From the IMG/VR virus record IMGVR_UViG_3300027736_000026, positions 55,675 to 119,674 of that record: a DNA stretch of 64,000 bases; one strand, 5' to 3'. A model generated the notes under the pieces. It saw only the letters and a program-made list of their open reading frames with translations. It was not told where the DNA came from and made no database searches. Shown piece by piece: positions 36,228 to 45,086 of this stretch (within the stretch, counting starts at the first letter, position 1; every line of letters begins with the position of its first letter). The stretch is from a virus. A program made the translations under genes and the position numbers.

Positions 36228-36250
36228 GCCGCCGAAAGGCGGCTTTTTTG
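36228..36250 (+). terminator. Rho-independent terminator
   Basis: GCCGCC-GAAA-GGCGGC followed by TTTTTT. Confidence 0.85.
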
Positions 36251-36263
36251 TGTAATCATAGGC

Positions 36264-37220
36264 ATGAAGAAGTTTCTGTTCCTGCCTTTCGTCCTGTTAA
36301 TACTAACTGGGTGCTTCTCTACAATTAAGCCTTCTAAGCAGATAGATGACAATCAAAAGATCATTGCCAAAGAAGAGAAGAAAGTAGATAACACTCTTGT
36401 AGATATAGAGAAGAACGACAAAGGCAAAAAAATTCAAACCTCTGCATTGGCGCAAGGTATCCAGTATTCTCTTAATCAAGTAACCAATCCGCCAATTCAA
36501 GTAGATACAGCAAAGTCTTTAAACGAAAGAGTGGTCTCTATTGTTGGCTCGCCCCACATAGACGAGATAAATAGAATCAAAGCAACAGTCGATTTATTAA
36601 ATTCCGCAGTAGAAGAAGAACGTAAGAAAGGGCAAGAATTACTCCTTAAAAGAGACGAGCTAATCAATAAATTACAAAAAGAAAAAGTAGAGCTAAACGA
36701 ACAATACGACGATCAACTCTGGCAGTTAACCGACAAAGCTAAAGAGGTCGCCAAAGAAGCAGATCAAAATAAAGCAGTGCTAGATTCAATGAGCGGGATG
36801 TTCGGCCTTAATGCTGTATTTTGGGGATTAAAAAAGTTTTTCATGAGTGCAATCACAATTATTATTATTTTTGGAGTTATTTTTCTTGTGTTGAGAGTCC
36901 TCGCTATGGTAAACCCAGTTGCTGCCGCTGCATTTTCTATCTTTGATATGATTGGATCTGCATTTGTTGCTTTAATAAAAGTGTTGACTCCCAAAGCTTT
37001 TGATATTGCAAAGTTCACTCATAAAGATAATGTTGACGAATACAAATCTCCCTTGGTTAAAATTGTTGATGTCATCCAAGAATTCAAAGTCAAGCAAAAA
37101 GAAACGCCAAACAAAGTTTATTCTTTAAATCAAATTTTAGATAAATTTGAAAAAGACTTAGACAAACAAGAAAAAGATCTAATAGACGAGCTTTTGAAAG
37201 AATTAAAGTGGACCAAGTAA
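36264..37220 (+). CDS. Lipoprotein with coiled coil and internal TM region (spanin-like topology)
   Basis: MKK + hydrophobic + LTGC lipobox; long coiled coil; hydrophobic segment AITIIIIFGVIFLVL. Confidence 0.65.
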   Translation: MKKFLFLPFVLLILTGCFSTIKPSKQIDDNQKIIAKEEKKVDNTLVDIEKNDKGKKIQTSALAQGIQYSLNQVTNPPIQVDTAKSLNERVVSIVGSPHIDEINRIKATVDLLNSAVEEERKKGQELLLKRDELINKLQKEKVELNEQYDDQLWQLTDKAKEVAKEADQNKAVLDSMSGMFGLNAVFWGLKKFFMSAITIIIIFGVIFLVLRVLAMVNPVAAAAFSIFDMIGSAFVALIKVLTPKAFDIAKFTHKDNVDEYKSPLVKIVDVIQEFKVKQKETPNKVYSLNQILDKFEKDLDKQEKDLIDELLKELKWTK

Positions 37221-37266
37221 AAAAAAGTTGACAACTCCTAATTTTGCCCGATAATATTTCAAATAT

Positions 37267-37440
37267 ATGGAAAACTCTCTAAAACTAGTCCAGCAGTTGA
37301 TCGAAGCCAGTTATGAGAAAGATCGTCAAGATAAGATTAACGACCCTTCTAAGATTGGAGAATCATTTTTTACTCATTATTTGAAATTACTTAAGCAGTG
37401 TATCGAAGAAGACTATGTCAAAATCAAAAAAGATTCATAA
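37267..37440 (+). CDS. Small hypothetical protein (not in track)
   Basis: MENSLKLVQQLIEASYEKDR...; follows TTGACA-N16-GATAAT at 37228-37255. Confidence 0.5.
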   Translation: MENSLKLVQQLIEASYEKDRQDKINDPSKIGESFFTHYLKLLKQCIEEDYVKIKKDS

Positions 37441-37594
37441 CGAATACTCTAAAGCTTGGGACGAACTTTACAAAGAGCTTCCCAAATGGAAGAAAGACAT
37501 GATCGACGAGATGAAAATCTCTAAGAAAGAAGACGCTTTTTACGTTTCCTTCATAAAAGAAGTCATAAAAAAAGCAGAGAATAAAAGTTTGTGA
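37415..37594 (+). CDS. Small hypothetical protein (not in track)
   Basis: MSKSKKIHNEYSKAWDELYKELPKWKKDMIDEMK...; fills the gap. Confidence 0.5.
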   Translation: MSKSKKIHNEYSKAWDELYKELPKWKKDMIDEMKISKKEDAFYVSFIKEVIKKAENKSL

Positions 37595-37596
37595 AA

Positions 37597-38013
37597 ATGG
37601 CGAATTTGGAAAAGTGCATTAGCCTCACCAAGGCTTTGCACGAACTTGATTCTGACTTGAAATGCCAACACTTTTCATTCATCTTTCACAAGAATCGTAT
37701 AATTACTATTGGCAAGAACTCTAAAAAAAGCAATCCTACCAATCGCAGAAACCCCAAAACAGGCACCAACGGAGAGCAGATATCGGACAAATATACTTGC
37801 TCTGAGTTAAACGCTTTCATAAAATTCAAGAATCTCACTAACATTGACTTCTCTAAGACAAATTTAGTAACCACAAGGATAGACCGAAACGGAGAGATTA
37901 GAAATTCTAAACCTTGTACTTCTTGTCAAAATCTGATTAAATTTTTAAATCCCAAGAAAATATTTTACTCCATTGATTCAAACGGAGAGAATACATTCGA
38001 AGAGTATAAATAA
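37597..38013 (+). CDS. Cytidine/CMP deaminase-like zinc protein
   Basis: HFSFI..IITIGKN, CSELNA, SKPCTSC, IFYS. Confidence 0.72.
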   Translation: MANLEKCISLTKALHELDSDLKCQHFSFIFHKNRIITIGKNSKKSNPTNRRNPKTGTNGEQISDKYTCSELNAFIKFKNLTNIDFSKTNLVTTRIDRNGEIRNSKPCTSCQNLIKFLNPKKIFYSIDSNGENTFEEYK

Positions 38014-38016
38014 ATT

Positions 38017-38619
38017 ATGTTTGCCATTGAAAATCTAACCTGTCTAAAATTAAACAAAAATTGGATGGGCATTGGAACTGAAGGCATTGAAACCGCTATC
38101 AGTAAAGTATTCAAAGGCACATACTCTGCTATGGACGTTAATTATCCTTTAGTGGATGGAGAATATGATTTTGAAAGCCCAGATTACAGGCCAGTTTCGT
38201 GGGAAGTTTGGGAGACTTTGCCAGTTCGGTCTTTCGATTATTCAATCTCCTCTCCTTATCAGACGTTTAGAATTCCCACAGTCGTTATCAGCAAGAACTT
38301 CTCGAAAGTTCCAATCTACCATACTAAATTAACCAAAAGAGCAATCCTTGAAAGAGACAACTGGACCTGCCAGTATACAGGCCGAAGATTGTCGAAGGAC
38401 GAGGCAAATATAGATCACCTGATACCTGTCTCAAGGAACGGCAAGAACACTTGGGAAAACATGGTAGCTTGCGATATCAAAATCAATAGTTTAAAATCTA
38501 ATAAAACTCTTGAAGAATTTGAAATGGCGTTAATTAAAAAACCCAAGAAACCCAATTCTCATCCATTTATCATTAATATAGAGAGCAAGCACAGAGATTG
38601 GCAGTGGTTCCTTTACTAA
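38017..38619 (+). CDS. HNH endonuclease (McrA-like)
   Basis: IPTVV, AILERDNWTCQYTG, NIDHLIPVSRNGKNTWENMVACD..N..K. Confidence 0.88.
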   Translation: MFAIENLTCLKLNKNWMGIGTEGIETAISKVFKGTYSAMDVNYPLVDGEYDFESPDYRPVSWEVWETLPVRSFDYSISSPYQTFRIPTVVISKNFSKVPIYHTKLTKRAILERDNWTCQYTGRRLSKDEANIDHLIPVSRNGKNTWENMVACDIKINSLKSNKTLEEFEMALIKKPKKPNSHPFIINIESKHRDWQWFLY

Positions 38620-38620
38620 T

Positions 38621-38848
38621 ATGTTACAAAAAATTCAACAATCCATTCAAGAAGCTCAAAGCAGAGGATACAAACTCGGCGAGTATTTTAATGCTGTAAT
38701 TATTCCTTCTCATCTTCTTGAAGAATTTGAGAAAGACTTGGAGGCTCATTTAGTAAACAATACTAATGATAGCAGGACCACGATCTTTGGCTTGGAGGTC
38801 TTGATCTGCGGGAAAAACGAGCAGATAAGATTTGGAAAGATTTTCTAA
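38621..38848 (+). CDS. Hypothetical protein
   Basis: ORF track. Confidence 0.55.
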   Translation: MLQKIQQSIQEAQSRGYKLGEYFNAVIIPSHLLEEFEKDLEAHLVNNTNDSRTTIFGLEVLICGKNEQIRFGKIF

Positions 38849-38857
38849 ATCTACCCC

Positions 38858-38886
38858 TTGACCTTTCGGAACTCTTGATCTAGTCT
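38858..38886 (+). promoter_or_regulatory. Sigma70-type promoter TTGACC-N17-TAGTCT, 8 nt before ATG
   Basis: Read directly from the sequence. Confidence 0.55.
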
Positions 38887-38894
38887 GTCCGCCG

Positions 38895-39134
38895 ATGAGT
38901 GAACTCTTGAAGACCAGAGGCCGTCCTACTGGCGGCAAAAACCTTGTATTCGTTAGCATTTTGCAGCTTCGCGAGAAGATGACCGATGCTGCGAAAATCC
39001 CAATCAGCGTCAAGTTCGCCAAACAGGTGAACCTGATCGACGAGGAAGAAAACCTACCTCAAACCACAAGTTCTCCCAAGCAGCAGAACCCTGCAAAGCC
39101 AGTCGTTTCTTTCTCAATCTCAGAAGAATTTTAA
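38895..39134 (+). CDS. Small protein with AT-hook-like RGRP motif
   Basis: KTRGRPTGGKN. Confidence 0.6.
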   Translation: MSELLKTRGRPTGGKNLVFVSILQLREKMTDAAKIPISVKFAKQVNLIDEEENLPQTTSSPKQQNPAKPVVSFSISEEF

Positions 39135-39135
39135 T

Positions 39136-40098
39136 ATGAACAATCGTTTTGATTCAATCATTGGTCAGGAAGCAGTTAAGAATAAGTTAGATTTTTATCT
39201 TGATATTTACGACAAGAGTCAGATTTCCCCTAATTTCCTTTTTGTCGCTCCGCGAGGATCTGGCAAGACTACAATTGCAAAGCAGTATGCTAGAAACCTA
39301 CTTAAGGCAGATAAGTCTAAGTGCAAGCCTCTTATTGAAATTAATTGTGCAACTATTGGTTCATCTGAAAGTTTCTTTAATGATATTTATGTTCCTGCGA
39401 TAGCGAATAAAGAAGTCACTATCCTTTTTGATGAAGCTAGTGAACTTCCCAAGACTCTTCAGATCAATTTCTTGAGTCTATTTAATCCTAATCCGGTTAA
39501 TAAGAATACGCTCAATCTTCCTGACTATTCTGTTGACTTTGACTTCTCTGTCCAAAGCTTCTTATTTTGCACAACTGAGCCTCAATTAATTTTCCATGCT
39601 CTCCTTGATCGTCTTGAGAGAGTTGAGCTTCAAGAGTATTCTCACAATGACCTTTCTCAAATAATAAAGAAAAGCGTGAATTGTGATTTTGATGAAGAAT
39701 CTTTACATGACATCTCTTCTTGTCTGAGAGGCAATGCCCGACAGGCGCAAGTCATGGCTAACAAGATTGATTCTTATCTCAAAACCAAGCAAGAAAGAAT
39801 CTTTACTAATGAAGACTGGCAGCTTCTAAAAGATAAGCTTACTATCTTACCTCTGGGACTCAATCAAATTGAATTGAGAATCTTGCAAACTCTCAAGATC
39901 AAACCAGAGATGACTCTCACCAATCTCTCTGCGATTATCGGAATGACTCGCTCCAGTCTGCAAAAAGATTTTGAAACTTGGTTATTGAGGAATAATCTGA
40001 TACAAATTGCAGAAAAGGGTAGAATGCTTACAGGTAAAGGCCAAGATTACCTGAAGCGTTATGAAGAAAAAGAAGCAGAATCAAATCAACCTTTTTGA
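39136..40098 (+). CDS. ruvB: RuvB-like Holliday-junction branch-migration AAA+ ATPase
   Basis: FDSIIGQEAVK, APRGSGKTT, LFDEA, CTTE, ALLDRL, RGNARQA, LGL, E.WL....I....GR. Confidence 0.82.
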   Translation: MNNRFDSIIGQEAVKNKLDFYLDIYDKSQISPNFLFVAPRGSGKTTIAKQYARNLLKADKSKCKPLIEINCATIGSSESFFNDIYVPAIANKEVTILFDEASELPKTLQINFLSLFNPNPVNKNTLNLPDYSVDFDFSVQSFLFCTTEPQLIFHALLDRLERVELQEYSHNDLSQIIKKSVNCDFDEESLHDISSCLRGNARQAQVMANKIDSYLKTKQERIFTNEDWQLLKDKLTILPLGLNQIELRILQTLKIKPEMTLTNLSAIIGMTRSSLQKDFETWLLRNNLIQIAEKGRMLTGKGQDYLKRYEEKEAESNQPF

Positions 40099-40345
40099 CT
40101 TTTGTAAAGTATTAGATACTGATTACGCTGAATACGGGGGGAAAATAACAAGGGCAGATGGCAATTATCGCTATCTTGATTGTAGTGTCGGCTGCAAGCA
40201 TTTTATTCCCCTGTATGACGAAGTAAGTAAAGACTTAAATTTAGACTATGGAGTCTGCACTAATCTTCGCAGCAAGAGGTGCGGACTCCTTACTTTTGAG
40301 CATCAAGCAGGGTTTGGTTGTTTTGAGATGGAAGGGTACGAATAA
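40061..40345 (+). CDS. Cys-rich hypothetical protein
   Basis: DCSVGCKHFIPL...DYGVCTN..S.RCGLLTFEHQ..GC.FE. Confidence 0.65.
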   Translation: MKKKKQNQINLFDFCKVLDTDYAEYGGKITRADGNYRYLDCSVGCKHFIPLYDEVSKDLNLDYGVCTNLRSKRCGLLTFEHQAGFGCFEMEGYE

Positions 40346-40386
40346 ACTTTTGATAAAGCTTGATCCCTCGCATAAAATAAGGTGTT

Positions 40387-41082
40387 ATGAAAAGAATTCT
40401 AACGTTATTGTCGTTGATCGCCTCACTATTCGCAACTAAGGCTTCTGCCGAAAATCTAAAAGCGAGTACAGAGGCTGGTTATACCACTCACTACATCGTA
40501 AACGGCGTTGCTCGTACCGAAGCTCAAGCTTTTGGCGGAGTAAATATTGGCGCAACTTATTTAGGAGTTGACGCTTACCTTGGAGCAACTATTATCCCGG
40601 CCTCTGCTGTCCTTGACGAGTCTCACTGGCTCGCTGGCGTAGGTAAGGGGTTTAAGATTATGGATGGCTTGACAGTCCGTTTGGATGGACAAGCTTTTCG
40701 CCACCAGACTGCAATCCCCGGTGCGCCAAACTCAACCGAAGTAGCAGCAATTGTTGCTCTTGAAAACGTCGCCGTTACTCCTTATGTTAAGGCGACTCAC
40801 GATCTAGATCTTGATCAGACTGGCTACATTATTGGTTTGAAGCGTCCTACTGATGTGTTTGGTTGGTTTACTATCACTCCTCTCGTTGAGTATGGTAAGT
40901 TCACTGATTATGATTTCAAGACTGCGAAGGTGACCGTTTCAAAGGTCCTCTTCAATCATCTTGAGCCTTTTGCTGAAATTGGTTATTATGATAATAATTT
41001 CGGTGTAACCAAGTATAATTTCGCAATCAAGGAGTTGAATAATTCTGTAGTTGCGCTTGGCGGCATTAGATGGAATTTCTGA
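40387..41082 (+). CDS. Outer-membrane beta-barrel (porin-like) protein
   Basis: Sec signal peptide ending ASA; alternating amphipathic strands; C-terminal GGIRWNF; preceded by TTGATA-N17-TAAAAT. Confidence 0.75.
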   Translation: MKRILTLLSLIASLFATKASAENLKASTEAGYTTHYIVNGVARTEAQAFGGVNIGATYLGVDAYLGATIIPASAVLDESHWLAGVGKGFKIMDGLTVRLDGQAFRHQTAIPGAPNSTEVAAIVALENVAVTPYVKATHDLDLDQTGYIIGLKRPTDVFGWFTITPLVEYGKFTDYDFKTAKVTVSKVLFNHLEPFAEIGYYDNNFGVTKYNFAIKELNNSVVALGGIRWNF

Positions 41083-41159
41083 AATAGGAACAAAGGTTTG
41101 CGGTCAACCTTAAAACCGCTTTATTGGGATATTAGTTTATTAGTAAAACGTTTTCTAAT

Positions 41160-41230
41160 GCGAGTATAGCTTAATGGTAAAGCGCGATTTTTCCAAATTC
41201 GACATGGATGTTCGATTCAACCTACTCGCT
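41160..41230 (+). tRNA. tRNA-Gly(UCC) with stem mismatches
   Basis: Acceptor GCGAGTA/TACTCGC, discriminator T, anticodon loop TTTCCAA, T loop TTCGATT; U-U mismatch in the anticodon stem and A-A in the T stem. Confidence 0.75.
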
Positions 41231-41241
41231 CCCTAATTTTT

Positions 41242-41580
41242 ATGATAGAAAAAATAAATGCCTTCTTATTTCGTGGCAAAGTGGACGAAAATGACACAAA
41301 AATCTGCGTCTGTCTACGAAAAAATGACGCATGGGACGAAAACTCTACGTTTTACATCTCTGGCGAATTTAAAGACGCTGAAGATTATTTGAGTGAAAAT
41401 TATTTTAATGTAATGTTCGCCAATTACGAAGAGAATTCAGAGGGAGATTTCACGATAGAGCAATTTAATCCCTTGACTTTAGAAGACAAGGGCAAGACAG
41501 TAGAAGGTCTTTACCTTCAGAAGAACTTTTTCTCGACAGTCGAAGACGGTTACCAAAAATTACTAACAATTAATAATTGA
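41242..41580 (+). CDS. Acidic hypothetical protein
   Basis: ORF track. Confidence 0.6.
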   Translation: MIEKINAFLFRGKVDENDTKICVCLRKNDAWDENSTFYISGEFKDAEDYLSENYFNVMFANYEENSEGDFTIEQFNPLTLEDKGKTVEGLYLQKNFFSTVEDGYQKLLTINN

Positions 41581-41581
41581 C

Positions 41582-41782
41582 ATGGCCCACTTAATCAAGC
41601 TCCACTTGCTCGATCTTACTCACGACAACAAAAAAGATTATATTCCTGCTCTCATTAACTTGGACGCAGTGGTCTCCATTGAACCTAGCAAGGTCCATAG
41701 CATAATCTATACCAAGAGCAACTCTCAAGGCATAAGAGTCAAAGAAAGCCTTGACCAGATACTTGCCTTGTCGGAGAAATAA
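41582..41782 (+). CDS. FlbD/SwrD-like small domain protein
   Basis: LIKL...INLDAVVSIE...VKESLDQI. Confidence 0.55.
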   Translation: MAHLIKLHLLDLTHDNKKDYIPALINLDAVVSIEPSKVHSIIYTKSNSQGIRVKESLDQILALSEK

Positions 41783-41798
41783 ATTTTCGAAAAATCCC

Positions 41799-41827
41799 TT
41801 GCGCTTCGTTTTTGCCTAGTCTAAGGT
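41799..41827 (+). promoter_or_regulatory. Sigma70-type promoter TTGCGC-N17-TAAGGT upstream of rIIA
   Basis: Read directly from the sequence. Confidence 0.45.
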
Positions 41828-41861
41828 ATCCCTGTCGGTAGGAACCAAACACTTGTAAATC

Positions 41862-44069
41862 ATGCAAATTGCTCCGAAAAACGAGAATTCTGTGATGCTG
41901 TCGGACAACTTCAAGTCCGTATCTTTCGGCATCAAGCAGGACGGTCTAGCCCATATCTTTGGGGTTTTACGCAACCAACTCTATTCTGACAAGATCCTTG
42001 CGGTCGTCAGAGAGTATTCCGCAAATGCTGTCGATGCCAACGTCGAGGCTGGCAAAGAAGACCAAGCAATCGTCATCACCGTCCCAAATTCTTTTGACCC
42101 TACTTTCAGGGTACGGGACTTTGGCAATGGCCTGAACGAAGAAGAGATTCGCGACATTTATGCGAACTACGGCGAATCTACCAAACGCAAGTCTAATAAG
42201 TTAATCGGGCAACTTGGCCTTGGCTCCAAGTCTGCTTTTGCTTATGGCGACAACTTCGTCATCGACTCTTACGTTAACGGTAAGAAGTTCACTTACAATG
42301 CTTACATTGATCCTTCTCAGATTGGCATGATCGCTAAGATGAACGAGGAAGAGACTAGTGAGCCTAATGGCGTTGAGATTTGCGTTCCTGTTAAGTATGC
42401 AGACATTTATGATTTTACTGAGAAGATCAAGAATTTCTTCAAGTTCTGGAGCAGCAAAGTAGAGGTCAGAGGGATTGACGCTTCTGAAATCTCTCTTGGC
42501 AATGCTACTATTGAAGGCACCAACTGGAAGTATTTCTCTCATAAGCAGTATTCCGCTACCTCATTCCCATCAGTCGTTGTTATGGGCAATGTCGCTTATC
42601 CCTTCAATAGCAGTATAATGTCTCAAGAGATTAAGAATTTATTCTCTGAAAAGGTTGGTAGAGATTGCTACGCACCGTCTCTGGCTTATAATTTCATCTT
42701 TTATGTTGATATTGGCACTGTTGAAGTCTCTGCTTCTAGAGAAGACCTTCAATACACTGACTTCACCAAGAAGAATCTTGTTCAATTGCTTGATGGTTTC
42801 TTCTCTGAGTTAATTGAAAAGATCAATGGCAAGATCGAAAACGCTGCAAGTATCTTTGAGGCTAAAAGACTTTTCCAAGAGACTTTTTGTAATCTATTCA
42901 GTCACGGTAATGCTTTTAGCTTCCTTGGTAAAAAATGTAACTGGAAAGGGCTTGATGTCTCTGAACCTGATGTAGATTTTCATTTTTCTCAAGACGAGAA
43001 CCTGCCTGACGGGCATGAACCCGCCGTCATCAAGCACTATTTTACGGGGCGACGTTCTAGGAAAGGAGTGAACTTCTATTTGGAGACTAAGTTGTCTTCA
43101 GGCGAAGATCACCTGAATGTCATTGATGATTGCGACAGTAAATATCTCAAGAAGAGGATGATCGATGTTATAGTAAACAAAAAGTCTTATAAAATTGTTA
43201 ATGTTATTACTGTCCGAGATCAAAAGCTTTGGGAAAAAGCTTTAGCTAAGAGAGGTCTTGACGGTTATACTTTCAAGAAGCTTTCTGAGATTGAGGTTTC
43301 TGTGCCTGTTAGACTTGTTAATCACAGCGCTAAGACTCCTTCTATTAGGAACAAGAAACATCTTAAGCATACTTTTACTTTAGATTTAACCAAGAATATT
43401 AAATGCAATACTAATTCTAGCCATTGGAATCCTGTAGTTGTTGACCTTAATAACGATACCGGCGTTTGGATGAAGATTCACCGATTTGAATACGTCTCTG
43501 ACCCGCCTGTTGGGCTTGATCGTTTAATTATAAGTTTAAATGATATATGTAGTTTCGCTAATGTCTCTGCAAACTTTATCGGCTTTAAAGAAGTTCCTAA
43601 GAAGATCAATAACAACATTAATCTTATCGAACTAAAAGATTGGATTATTAAGACGGTAGCTGACGGCCTAAAGGCTAAAGGGCAGTTAGATGATTTCATT
43701 AATTACATAATAACTAATCGCAGTGAGACATCTTGTTGTCAAAGAGGAGCGGTAGCATTATTTCGCCGCCAGAAGGACTCTCAAACAGTTATTAACAGTC
43801 AAGACATTCAAGACTTCCTAAAACAATACGAAAAGATAATAAGCATCAAAAAGCAAACAACATTCATTAATATTCATGAAGCTCTCAATAGTCTTCATTG
43901 CGTTAATTTATTTCTGTTAGCTTATTCTTCCGGTACGCAAGTTAATCTATTTGACAATTTAAACAATTTCTTTAATAAATATCCGTTACTTTCGCTCGTC
44001 GATACTAGCTTCTTTGACTGGGCAAATAAACCTGAAACAGACAAAACCATCCTGTCAATCTTCAACTAA
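41862..44069 (+). CDS. rIIA: rIIA-like protein (N-terminal GHKL ATPase)
   Basis: LYSDKILAVVREYSANAVDA, VRDFGNGL, YGESTK..SN..IGQLGLGSKSAFAY, VVMGNVAYP, ASREDL; followed by rIIB. Confidence 0.88.
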   Translation: MQIAPKNENSVMLSDNFKSVSFGIKQDGLAHIFGVLRNQLYSDKILAVVREYSANAVDANVEAGKEDQAIVITVPNSFDPTFRVRDFGNGLNEEEIRDIYANYGESTKRKSNKLIGQLGLGSKSAFAYGDNFVIDSYVNGKKFTYNAYIDPSQIGMIAKMNEEETSEPNGVEICVPVKYADIYDFTEKIKNFFKFWSSKVEVRGIDASEISLGNATIEGTNWKYFSHKQYSATSFPSVVVMGNVAYPFNSSIMSQEIKNLFSEKVGRDCYAPSLAYNFIFYVDIGTVEVSASREDLQYTDFTKKNLVQLLDGFFSELIEKINGKIENAASIFEAKRLFQETFCNLFSHGNAFSFLGKKCNWKGLDVSEPDVDFHFSQDENLPDGHEPAVIKHYFTGRRSRKGVNFYLETKLSSGEDHLNVIDDCDSKYLKKRMIDVIVNKKSYKIVNVITVRDQKLWEKALAKRGLDGYTFKKLSEIEVSVPVRLVNHSAKTPSIRNKKHLKHTFTLDLTKNIKCNTNSSHWNPVVVDLNNDTGVWMKIHRFEYVSDPPVGLDRLIISLNDICSFANVSANFIGFKEVPKKINNNINLIELKDWIIKTVADGLKAKGQLDDFINYIITNRSETSCCQRGAVALFRRQKDSQTVINSQDIQDFLKQYEKIISIKKQTTFINIHEALNSLHCVNLFLLAYSSGTQVNLFDNLNNFFNKYPLLSLVDTSFFDWANKPETDKTILSIFN

Positions 44070-44076
44070 CAATAAA

Positions 44077-44961
44077 ATGAACATCCCATACATTATCACT
44101 AACAATTCTATTACCGTCGTTTTCGACGGGATTAGCCATACCTTGAACGATGGGCATCCTAACTATGCCGCCATCAAACAAGCCATAATAGACAGACAGT
44201 TCGACAAGATCCCCGCTCTTGTCGATATCCCTAAAGCGATCAACAAGTATTCTCATGGCAACATTGAGATTAAAAATGGTGCGATTAAGTATGCTGGGCA
44301 ACCAGTTCATAACTATGTCTGCGATAAGATCTTTTCTTTTATGAAGGAGGGCTTGCCTTTTGAGCCTGTAGTCGCCTTCTTGGATAAGCTTATGAAGAAC
44401 CCTTCTAAGAGGGCAGTGAATGAACTTTATTCATTCCTTGAGCATAAGGCTATGCCTATCACTCCCAATGGTAACTTCTTGGCTTATAAGTCAGTCAATT
44501 CTAATTGGAGAGACCACCATACTGATACTTTTGATAACGGTGTTGGTAATACTCTTGAGATGGTTCGCAATGCTGTTTGCGATGATGCTGATGTCGGTTG
44601 CTCTTCTGGCTTCCATGCTGGATCTCTGGAATATGCCAGATCTTTTGGAGGCGGCGCAAGTCGTCTTCTAATTGTTGAAATTGACCCTTCTGATGTTGTT
44701 AGTATTCCAAAGGATTCTGATTGCCAGAAGCTTCGCACCTGTAAGTACAAAGTAGTAGCCGAGTACGCTCAGAAGCTTCCTGATCATTATACTGAAGAGT
44801 ATAGCGAAAAAGAAGAGTTTGATAGCTACACTGAGCCTTGTTATTGCGATGAGTGCCCCGCAGAAGAGGAAGAGGAAGCTGAAAGCCATTCGGTGCTTGT
44901 CTCTTTCCATAATGTAAGAGATGAATTAGGGCGCTTTAAAGGTAAAGTAAAAGCCCAATGA
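44077..44961 (+). CDS. rIIB: rIIB-like protein
   Basis: NPSKRAVNELYSFL, ITPNGNFLAYK, CSSGFHAGSLEYA, IDPSDVVSIP.D...KLRTCKYKVV. Confidence 0.9.
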   Translation: MNIPYIITNNSITVVFDGISHTLNDGHPNYAAIKQAIIDRQFDKIPALVDIPKAINKYSHGNIEIKNGAIKYAGQPVHNYVCDKIFSFMKEGLPFEPVVAFLDKLMKNPSKRAVNELYSFLEHKAMPITPNGNFLAYKSVNSNWRDHHTDTFDNGVGNTLEMVRNAVCDDADVGCSSGFHAGSLEYARSFGGGASRLLIVEIDPSDVVSIPKDSDCQKLRTCKYKVVAEYAQKLPDHYTEEYSEKEEFDSYTEPCYCDECPAEEEEEAESHSVLVSFHNVRDELGRFKGKVKAQ

Positions 44962-45030
44962 TGATTACTTTATTTATCATTTTGGTATATATAGGATATC
45001 TTAGAGAAAAAAATAAGTTAAAGTAAATAA

Positions 45031-45070
45031 AGGGTAGCGGGGCTAAAATCCTGCTACCTTTTTTGTTTTT
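45031..45070 (+). terminator. Rho-independent terminator after rIIB
   Basis: GGTAGCGGG/TCCTGCTACC stem followed by a T run. Confidence 0.75.
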
Positions 45071-45086
45071 TAATGTATAATAATTC

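Noticed and set aside
41862-44069. Hsp90, MutL or MORC-type defence ATPase
   Set aside because: The GHKL motifs plus the adjacent rIIB-like gene fit the well-known rIIA/rIIB pair.
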